DNA of 64,000 bases, taken from NCBI RefSeq assembly GCF_009834535.1, contig NC_045697.1:43774001-43838000 (forward strand), given 5' to 3'. Origin of the DNA: Camelus ferus. Its lineage: Eukaryota. Under the pieces are notes generated by a model. That model was not told the DNA's origin, did not search any database, and saw only the letters and a program-made list of their open reading frames with translations. The position numbers and the translations under genes are program-made. How positions within the stretch are numbered: position 1 is the first letter of the stretch; the number at the start of each line of letters is the position of its first letter. Positions 54,105 to 64,000 of this stretch are shown here, in pieces.

Positions 54105-55440
54105 AGAAATACATGTGGTCTTTGTCTCCAGTTCCTGGCACAAAGTTCCTAAAACCCTTGGAATTTCCTGAGTGGTTAGGGTGTCTTTAGGAGCCCAGAT
54201 GAGTGCACCTGAGTTTATGTTAATGTTGGAAAGTCCCAAAGGATGGGGGCTGGTTGCCAGAGGAACCAACCACCTGACTAGTGGTTTGGAACTTTTAGCC
54301 CCACTCCAGACCTCCAGGGAGGGGAGAGGGACTAGAAATTGAGTTCAATCACCAGTGGCCAATGATTTCATGAACCTTGTCTATATAATGAAGCCTCCAG
54401 AAAAACCCCAAAAGGACAGGGTTCAGAGTTTCAGGTTGGGAATCACGGGGAGGTGAAAGGAGAGTAGTGTATGCCTAGAGAGGGCATTGAAGCTTTGTGC
54501 CCTTTCCCACGCACCTTGTCCTATTCATCTGCTCCACCTGGCTTTTCCTGAGTTATGTCCTTTTATAATGAACTGATAATTTGATAAGTGAAATATTTTC
54601 CTAAATTCTGTGAGCTACTCTGGCAAATCAATCAAACCCAAAGAAGGGGTCTTGGGAACCCCCTATCTATAGGCGGTGTAGGGTAGAAAAACCTGTCACC
54701 CTAAAATGTGTCTCTTCCGGAATGGGGATTATTTTAGGCTGGTTGTGTTTAAGAAACAAACAGCTCAGGAAGAGCTTTGACCTCCCCTCCCCTCCGACTG
54801 CCTAAAAGACTTTAAATAGAGAACCTATTCCAGGAAGGCAGTTATCACCATAGATAACTACAGTATGATGTGAGCTAGGTGTGGCAGACAGAGAGGAGTC
54901 TAGCAAAATCTGTTTGTTAAAATTCTCTCTGTGTCCTGTTGTTTTTGTATGGTCCAGCAAACATTTGTTTACCAAAGATTTGCTCTTTTCATTCTTTCTG
55001 TGAATAATCTTCTTTCCCTTTGAAGTCCCAGACTCCTATCCCCTTCTCTTTAGTGCAGGAAACCATATATACTTCATTGTACCTGACTGTCTTTTTGATA
55101 CTTTCATGTTTGGATTCCTCATTTATATGTAATTAAATTTGATTTTCTTCTCTTAATCTATCTCATGTCAATTAATTCTGAGACCAGCCATAAAAACCTA
55201 TAAGGGTAGAGGAGAACTTTTTTTCCTCTCCAACAATGGTAGGTAAGAAGCACAGGGAACAACCTGGACTTTCCATGGGCTTCTGAAGGGGTAGGGGCAG
55301 TCTTAAAGGACTGAGCCCTCAACCTGTGGGATTTGAGGCAAACTCCAGATAGATCGTGCCAGAATTGAGTAAAATTATAGGACACTCAGGTGTCACAGAA
55401 TTGCTTGATGTGTGGAAAATGCTACATCTGGGGTCACAAC
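54105..55440 (+). mobile_element. MER21-like LTR interrupted by a second LTR
   Basis: ggtctttgtctccagttcctggcacaaag..cccttggaatttcctgagt; resumes after 55236 with taggtaagaagcacagg. Confidence 0.75.
54677..55235 (+). mobile_element. ERV1 solo LTR (MER34/MER39-like) nested in the MER21-like LTR
   Basis: TGTAGGG...CCAACA ends; related to the reverse complement of 60503-61213. Confidence 0.7.
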
Positions 55441-56099
55441 TCAAGAAGAGTATTGAGAGTATTTACATACAGGAGAAAGTATGTTCTTCCCTTTACAAAT
55501 CTATAATAAAATATCCCAGTGTCTTGATCCCTTTGTCTACAATTGAACAAACTGTGAGCTAGTTTTGTAAAACTTATTAAGAACCACCCCTCGCCACCAC
55601 CATCGCAGACTTAAAATACCACAGAATCACTGGATTTTAAAGAAACCAGCAGACTAACCTAATTCCCTAGAACACTAAAATCCAACTGAATGACTTCCCT
55701 GTGGTCACTCAGTAAGGGGTTAAATGGGATAAAGCATGCAATGTGCCTGTAACGTGCCTGGTACACAGCCCCATCCAAGAGGTGCTCCGACCAGATGTTC
55801 CAGCTGCAGTCTCTTAGCATCCCATACACCCGCTGCCTGCGGATTAAACGATCTCCCTTGAATTGACTATAAATTCTCAGACTTGCGTAAAGAACGCCCT
55901 TAGTTTCGAGTACTGTTTTAGTTTACATTCTTGGATTTGGCCGCTTGGTGCTCTTATAGCTTTAAAAAGGAAACACCTGGCAGCAAATCAGTAGTTTGGG
56001 CTCAGTAGGTGTTTCCCAGTGTGTTTTTTCGCCCACTGGTACAACTGCTACGTATTCTGACAACAGCATTCCTTTACCTGAGAGACTCCCTTACAGAGG

Positions 56100-56700
56100 G
56101 CAAGGTGCCCACGGTATTCCCTAGTTCACGTTTCTCCAAACGCTCGGGCCGCTCCGCCGTCACCGGAACCGGACAGGCGCGCACTGCCACCCCGCTGGCG
56201 TCACTGCGCATGCCTGGCCGTGACCTGACGCTCGGGAATGACGTTAGGCCCCCGCCGGCCCACGCTCTCCGGAGCGCCATGCTGGGCGTGTGCGGCGCGG
56301 GCCTGGCGCGGTCCCTGCGGGCCGGGACGCGGGCATGGCAGTGGGGCTCGCGCGGCCGCTCTCTGGCCCTGGCTCGCGCGGCCGGCGGGCTCCGCGCGGG
56401 GGACTGGCGGCGCTCGGAGGGGCGCGGGCCGCGGGGGCCGCGCGGGCGTGGGCTGCGCCTGTCTGCCGCGGCGGTGGTGAGCTCGGCGCCCCGCCCTCTG
56501 CAGCCCTACCTGCGCCTCATGCGGTTGGACAAGCCCATAGGTGAGTGCAGACGCGCGCGGCGGTCCAGGGCGCCGCGGGCGGAATGGAGATGATGCCTGA
56601 AAGCCGGCGTTGGGCCGCCAGGCGCCCGGTACCCTCGATACTCCCGGACCCGGGGGCCTCCGAAGTCGGCCGGCTTTCGCACTCTTCTGAATCCTTAGCG
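56100..56700 (+). promoter_or_regulatory. COQ2: COQ2 CpG-island promoter with ETS/GABP-like (CCGGAA 56163), NRF1-like (TGCGCATGC 56205) and CRE half-site (TGACG 56226, 56239) motifs
   Basis: Very high CpG density; the motif set is typical of nuclear-encoded mitochondrial genes. Binding is inferred only. Confidence 0.85.
56279..56540 (+). CDS. COQ2: COQ2 (4-hydroxybenzoate polyprenyltransferase) coding exon 1 with Arg-rich mitochondrial targeting peptide
   Basis: gcgccATGc; [16 protein letters not shown]...[27 protein letters not shown]; donor G|GTGAGT. Confidence 0.94.
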
Positions 56701-59700
56701 CCTGAATAGAGCAAAAAAATTCTCTCATTCCACAGTCTTTGTTTAAGCAGTGACTCTAACAGAAATTCCATCTTCATGTCGCTACTTTTGCGCAGATTTA
56801 CTGTATGGAAGCACTTCCACGTTTATTATGTTTCATCCTTTAATCCCGTAAGGCTCCCAGAGCAATAATTAAGACGATAAAGACGCTGAGAAAACTAAAG
56901 CTCTTTGGCAAAGCCAGACATGGTGATGCTGAGTTTCCTGCTCTTTGCCTGCACCATCCGTAACACAAACATTTAATTTATTTGAATGCAGCAGGTACAG
57001 CATTTATGGACTACGTATCAGCTCACGGTCGCCTCCTAACGGAGGGTTTCCCTGACCGTCCTATTTAAAGTATCACTTACCACTTCACTCTCTCTTTACT
57101 CCCAGTTTTTCTTCTTAGCACGCGCCACTAGCCAACCTTGTGACTTTATTTGTTGATAGACTTCTCCAGTGCAGTATAAGCTCCACTTATATGGAACTTT
57201 TATATCTAGTGTCTAGAACAGACCCTGGCAGTAGTGGTTGAATAAATTAATTCCTACAACATAGCCTAGCCTTGGGGATAGAAAGAGCTATGGAAACTCC
57301 CTACTTTCAAAAAACTACCCGTCTAGTTCGGAAAGACAAAGTATTGGGTGAACTGAGAAAGTACAGGATCAAATATAAGTGATACAGATATGTAGGTAGA
57401 GCAGGAAAAAGAAATTATTGTGACTCTTCATTGCTGGAAAAAGTCAAGAAGAAAGTGTACCTCAAAGGACAGGTAGATTTTGCAGAGGAAAGAAGAGCTC
57501 TTGACTGGTGGAGGAAATATTTTGCAAAGACCCAGGGGTGGAGTGTTGGAACACTAAGGATATAAGCTGGTCTGGAACCCCAGGTGGGCATGGAAAATAG
57601 TGGGAGTCAAGGCTGGATAAGAGCTGGGCTATTTAAAGTATTACCTATCACCTCACTCTGACTCTTTCCCCCCACTTTTCTTCTTAGCACTGAAGGATGG
57701 ACACTGGGGAGGGAGAGGGAGGAGGCTGAACTCCAGGTAATCTGGATGATGACATTTACCATTGCAGTGAATGAAAGTACATTCAAATGCCTGGATATAT
57801 TCCGTCCACTTTTGCCCAGCCAAGACCCCAAAGTAGGCCTGGTTTTGGTATTCTAGGTTTATGCACTACCAGTTTGATATTAGAGCACAAAGAATTTATA
57901 ACAGTCAACAATTAAAGTATAAAAGCCAATTAAATGATAGGCGCAGTCCTGCCATCATGACCCCTTGCATTTTGGGGCCAGACAAGCCCAGTTTTCATCT
58001 GAAGCCTGACTCTTACTCTGTTCTTGTGATCTTTGTCCCTATAGTGTAGGCTATGGGCATGTAAGATCAGCAGCTGCTGTTAGTCCCGGTTCCGTGAATC
58101 TCTGGCTTCTCCCTTAGTGGCTAGACCACCCTACTGCATAGTAAGAGGCTATAAAGGGGTTATGTATGAGAAAGCTCTGGAGCCAGACCTCTTGGGTTTG
58201 AAATCTCCACTCTGCCCACTTGAGGGACATCTGGTAAGTTACTTTACTTCTCTGGGGCCTTCACTTCTCATCTGTAAAACAAAGACTTAAGGGAACTAAC
58301 TTTATAAGGTTGTCATGAGAATTCATTAATATACATTAAGTCTTTAAAACAATGTCTGACGTAGTAAATGCTTGCAGATGTTAGCCATTATTTGAAAAGT
58401 AGGAATTGGAGAAGATTGGGTCAATAGTTATTACGCAGGTTAAGAAGATAGCAGCTGGCCTGCTTTGGTTCTAAATGAGGTAACTGCAGGATTTTTCAGA
58501 CAGCCTATTAATAGTACTGTTAGAATTCATTCAGCAAACATTTTTTGAGTCCCTACTATATGCCAGGAACAATAAATTGACAGTAGTAGAAGTCCAGGTT
58601 TGATATTTCTTTATTTAAATTCTTTTGTGGGGTAATTTTATGTTCGTTGTTTTATTTTGTTGAAGTTTGGTCTCTTTATTTTCAGAAACCAAAGTGGATT
58701 TTGTTGTTTTTCAGAATGAATACAACTTCCTACAACCATGACACAAACCATGTTATTTTAGGAAGTTTCAGCAGGTGGCACTCTTTCCACTAAATTGGTG
58801 GTGTAATTTTTGTTTTACTGCATTTATGTCTGATTATGTTGTCTTAAAGATAATGTGTAATTAGTGAATGAATCCTAGGCTCAATTTACACAGGCTCTTT
58901 GGTCTGCCTATCACCGCTGAGAAGGTTGCTTATTTTAATCTCTCAGAGTTTTTTCCTTTTTCTGTAATAAATATTTATTTCTGAAATTTATTTGTATCCT
59001 TACCATCTCTGCATCTTTCTTCACAGAAGAGAACAGAATGAAAGTGTCATAGGGAAGACAGAAAAAAATGTTTCTGAGAATCAGAAGGGCAGAAGAATAA
59101 TAAGAACTTAAGCATCTGTAAAGATTTAGGTCTCCAGAGTGATAGCACTGGCCTTAGGATATAGACTGGAACCAGGCTGCTTCGGTTTAATTGCAGCTCT
59201 GCCACTTTTTGCACATGTGGTCTTAGGCAAATTATTTTCTCTTTGATTCAGTTTTCTGCATTTGTTAAATGGGTATAAATAAAAGTCATGCCTATCTCAT
59301 AGGTTTGTTGTGAGAACCAGAAGTGTTGTATGACGGCCCCTGGCACACAGTAAGCACTATGAATTTGTTTTTGTCATTATTGTTTTCATTATTGCCATCA
59401 TCACGAATATTGTCTTATAACAACTCTGAGAGACAGATGTTCTTTCCCCTCACGTGTAGATGAGGAAGACTGAGCCTTAAAGTTTAATATACTTTAGCAT
59501 CTAGTGCCACTTACTAGGGACAGACATTGAACCTTCACTACAGGGGTCATCTGTAGTGGTGCCCTACAGAGTCTTAGATCTGTGAATATGTTATCTATAA
59601 TACAGACTTACGGCCAGGGAAACTTTGTCCCTGACACGAAATGCTGTAGGTGATTACACATCTTTCTCTCTGAATTCTTTTTTAAATGACACCTTCAGTT

Positions 59701-60502
59701 CTAGTTGCACCTGGAAAATAATGTCTGTGAAGTGGTGTTCTTTCTTTTTTTATCAGGGCAGAATCAGCTAGATACTCCTCTGTCCCTCTGAGCTATACTG
59801 GTAGGTCCAGGGAAAAGGAAATGATTAAATGCATTATGTTTTACTTAACTTCTGTGCATCTGTTTTCTCATCTGTAAAATAAAAATAATAATAATGTGTA
59901 CTTTACAAATAGGGTGTTTTTGAGTATTAAATGAGTTTGTACTCATAAAGCATTTGGAACACTGCCTGACATTTCATGAACATTTAGAAATGTTAGTTAT
60001 TGTTGTTATTGTTTTAGATGGGACACACCGAATATGAGTCTGTCCAGGACAACCTGAATTCAGGTCTAGACTAGTCATTTCTCATTTTTAGTCTCTCCTT
60101 GCCTTTTCAGCAGTGTGAGGCTAAGCCCCTTCTGGAAGAGCCTCCCTGGGTTTTCCCTACTCCCTCCCCAGTTAACTTGGGTGGCACCGTTTTATGCCTT
60201 TATAGGATCTTGCACTTGCCCTGTTGTTGAATTGATCTGTTTCATTGTTTTTTTGTTTGTTTGTTTAACTGTGTTTCTTCCTTTTGATTTATAAGTTGTG
60301 TGAAGACAGAAACCAGCTCTCTTCTTAGTCACCATTGTATTTCCAGTGCCTGCCACAGCTCTGGCACAAAATACATACTTTATAAATATATGCAAGTGAG
60401 TAAAGCTTAAATTTAATGAAGCTTAAATACGATTATTAAGACTTTGTCATTTGACCATTTTGCACAGGCTCTGATCTTTCTTTAGGCACATATCCTATTT
60501 CC

Positions 60503-61213
60503 TTTTGGGGGAGGAAGAAGTTATCCTATACCCTTCTCAGTTCTGACTGGCCTAAGAATTAAATTGACATCCAATTACTAAGAGAAAATCAGACAACAAT
60601 TTAGTAACATATATGTATGGGAGAGACCCAGGAAGACTGAGTAACTCACCAAAATACCCTCACCTTAAATACCATCCTCAGCTAAAGGCACAGGAGGATG
60701 TTGCGGGGAGTGGTTTCAGACTTCAGAGGGGAGGGAGGTAATTCACATTGAGCTAGAAAAACAAAGTTTTGACAAACAGTAATCTGTGGTCTGTAGGCCC
60801 CACCAAATCTCCCCACCACACCTCGCCCTTATTTTTTGCAGATATCTGGTGATAGCTCTACTTCAGTAACAAAAATTAAGTGTTTTAATTTTTTTCTTTC
60901 CAGGAAGTTGAAAGAGGTATTTATTGGAGCACCAGTTGCAAAATGTAAGGAAACTAGACTTAAGAGACCACAGAATGTTAGTAAGTGCTGCCCATGGACT
61001 ATATATTTAAGCCATCTTTTTGCTGCTTAGGAAATAAAAGCCAAAATGTTGAGTTATTTTGATATGAGGACCTTTATCTGAATTCTTTTAGGCAGTTAAG
61101 GAAGGAGGTACAGGAAAACTTCTTGAATCTTCTGTTTCTTAAAAATAATCGGCCTCAAGTTATCCTCATGCCAAAGGGACACACTCTGGGGTGACAAATT
61201 TTACTCCTCTACA
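60503..61213 (-). mobile_element. ERV1 solo LTR (MER34/MER39-like), antisense in COQ2 intron 1
   Basis: Reverse complement starts tgtagaggagtaaaatttgtcaccccagagtgtgtccctttggcatgaggat, matching the start of 54677-55235. Confidence 0.7.
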
Positions 61214-61708
61214 CTCATATTGCTAAATGGGAAAGGAAGAATTTACCTAACACGCACAATATCCAAACATTTGTTGAAAGACTTTCTTTTGAAAATAGGG
61301 TATCTGCTAAAGTTCATTTATGAAGTCTCCTATCTCTACAATCTATTTGGTTTTAGCTTAATTTCATCTAGTTTATAGGCTAAGTACCAGGAACTAATCT
61401 CATTTGTGCATGTAGTAGCAAAATATTAAAAAAACAGTAGGTTAATAACCTCCCTCCCCCAAGACCATTTTATTATATTGTATTAACAACAATAAAGGTT
61501 TTATTTGCTTTTTTGGACAGGTAATAATACATGCATAGGATACGAAATTCAGAAGGTGCAAGGGTGTAGAGTGAAAACTAGATTTCCCACCCCTGTCTCC
61601 TACCCAACCAGCTTTCCTCCCCAAAGGCAACTCTTAATCAGTTTCTAATGTATCCTTCCTGACATGGTCTACGAACATATATTCAAAAATACGTATCTGT
61701 TTTATATG

Positions 61709-61766
61709 TGTGTGTGTGCATGTGCATGTATATATATGTATATATACATGCACATGCACACACACA
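61709..61766. repeat. Perfect inverted repeat, 28-bp arms, 2-nt spacer
   Basis: tgtgtgtgtgcatgtgcatgtatatata-tg-tatatatacatgcacatgcacacacaca. Confidence 0.95.
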
Positions 61767-62178
61767 TACATAAATATTTTAAAAATTTTCAACTTGTGCT
61801 CCATAAGAGTTGGGCCATTTGCAAATTCATCAGAAATACATGAGAGTATCTAACTCCCTAGAGTGTGTTGTCAGACTTTGGTTTTGCCAATCTGATAGGC
61901 GAAAAATGTTTTATCAATGTAATTTTAATGTATATTTCTCAAAGTGGAGTATATTTTCATTGATATGAGTCATTTATATTTTCTACTATGTTTTTTGTCC
62001 ATTTTTCAATTAGGCTATTGACTTCTTTTCAGTTTCTGGGAACCTTGCATAGTAGAGACAATAGTCTTTTGTTATATGAATTGCTAGTTTATTTTCCCAA
62101 TTTTGTCATGTGTTTTTGATTAGGTATTCCTTACTTCACTGGGATGCAGTGTTCAAACAAATGAAGGCAGTTAACTAA

Positions 62179-62466
<288 letters not shown>

Positions 62467-64000
62467 TAAAGCAACAGGATCATTTAGTGTCCTCACTGAA
62501 ATCCAGCATAAGAAGTGCCAGTATTGGTTGAATAGCTGGTTTGCCAATTGCAGTGTGCTTCCTTTCTCAACACAAAAGCGACCATGGGGGCAAGGTATGT
62601 ACTTCATTTTCACAAAATGAATTAGAATTTGGGAGGCCAGAGTAAGGATGTTAGGAGTGAAGGTAAAAATTCCATCCTCAACCTTTGGGTGTCTGAAAGA
62701 ACTGTCATCCCTTCCTTTGATATGTTAGAGCCATAACAGTTCATATGTTCAGTTAAATCTTAATTTAAATGAACTGAGGCAGCCCTGTTAGCAGTTGCTC
62801 TAATTATTTCTTTAAAACAGCTAATTTTATTATTTTCTTCTCCTTAGAAAAATAATTCATGTTTATTCTAAAAAATTCAGACAGTATAGAAATAGAAAGG
62901 ATAGAAAGTAACAAGTTCTCCTTATCACCTCCCCCTCATCCCCAGGGGAAACTTCAGTTACAGTATGACACGTTGTATTCCTCTGGATTATTTTCTATGC
63001 ATGTTCTAATGCATGTGTGTATATTCTTTGTTCTTCAACAGACCGTTATTTTCTCAAGGGAAACGTCCATCTTGTTTGCCTTTTGTTACAGCAGTCATAG
63101 TATAACAAGTACAGGGTCATTAAATGCTTGAGTAAATTCTCAAGTAAACTTTCAGTTTATAGGAAACCTGGGTGAATTATGTAAATAATCATATAACACT
63201 TACATAAAGTGAATAATCTACCCTAGTTTGTCTTTCATATGTCTGAATTTCCTTAAGCAAAGCCCACCTATAATGATTTTTAGTGTGTAGAACAGTATCA
63301 CACCAATATATTTTTTAATTCAAAAAAACATTTGTTGAATACCTGCTGTGTATGAGACAGTGCAGGTATTGCATGGATGAAAGACAACATTGCTAACCTC
63401 ACAATTTAGTAGCTATCATGAGAATGGTACCCACAAGGGAGTTTACTGAAGACCACCTACCTTAGCCCAAGGGAGGAGGTCTAAGAGAACTTTTGGCAGG
63501 GTTGGGGTGGGGCGTGACCTTTGAACTCTGTCAGAATCAGATGGCAAGAGAAAGCTGGGCTGGAGGGTGAAGGTGACTCCAGGCAGAGGGAACAGCAGAT
63601 ACAGAGGCATGACTGTGAGGTCAAGAATATTACACTTGACAACTGCAGCTTGGAGTTTGTGTGTGGCTGATGATAGGATGGCGGCAGGAACTGCATGGTA
63701 AAGGCAACTCTGTCCCACTGACCCAGTTGGGCTGTCTGACCATGCCAGGAGGTGCATACTTTGTTGATTTGGGGATTCACACATCCTGGTCAGTTTTCAT
63801 TCTGCATAACCATATGAATGAGGCTTCCGCCATATATCACTTCAGAATAATTATTGAACACATTTAGAGTAGCCTAATGTCAAAATCGTGGTTGTGAAAT
63901 TGTACTGTAAAGTTTCACAAGATGTTACCCTTGGGGAAACTAGATAAAGGATTCATCAGATCTCTGTATTTCTAGAAGTACAGAGATCTAAAAAAAATTT

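Noticed and set aside
51888..55440. The two MER21-like LTRs as the 5' and 3' LTRs of one provirus
   Set aside because: The copies are substantially diverged, and I see no PBS, gag/pol remnant or shared TSD.
56009..56278. 90-codon in-frame extension upstream of the COQ2 ATG (ORF 56009-56593) and antisense ORF 56201-56728
   Set aside because: The extension starts at GTG in promoter sequence and I see no similarity to known COQ2; both look like CpG-island artefacts.

Overview
Mammalian genomic DNA, most likely camelid (alpaca/llama/camel), inferred from its tRNA-derived SINEs and cetartiodactyl-type L1 3' ends. The window holds the complete coding sequence of heparanase (HPSE, + strand). I spliced its 12 coding exons by hand (14477-44015): all introns are GT-AG and the 1638 nt give an open 545-aa frame with both catalytic glutamates intact. 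About 12 kb downstream on the same strand are the CpG-island promoter and first two exons of COQ2, the same HPSE-COQ2 order as in human. The rest is intronic or intergenic DNA rich in L1, L2, MIR, SINE, solo LTR and hAT remnants. I found no wholly new biological system. The most notable details: a full-length U6 snRNA/L1 chimeric retrocopy with a perfect 16-bp TSD in HPSE intron 3; a conserved 'SKK-stop' read-through matching the human T5 heparanase isoform; out-of-frame upstream ATGs overlapping the start codons of both HPSE and COQ2; a ~55-bp micro-inversion inside an L1; a poly(A)-only retroinsertion; a SINE pair within one TSD; and a 28-bp-arm palindrome in COQ2 intron 1. Repeat family names and comparisons with human sequence are from memory and were not checked against databases. 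Exon numbers refer to coding exons.
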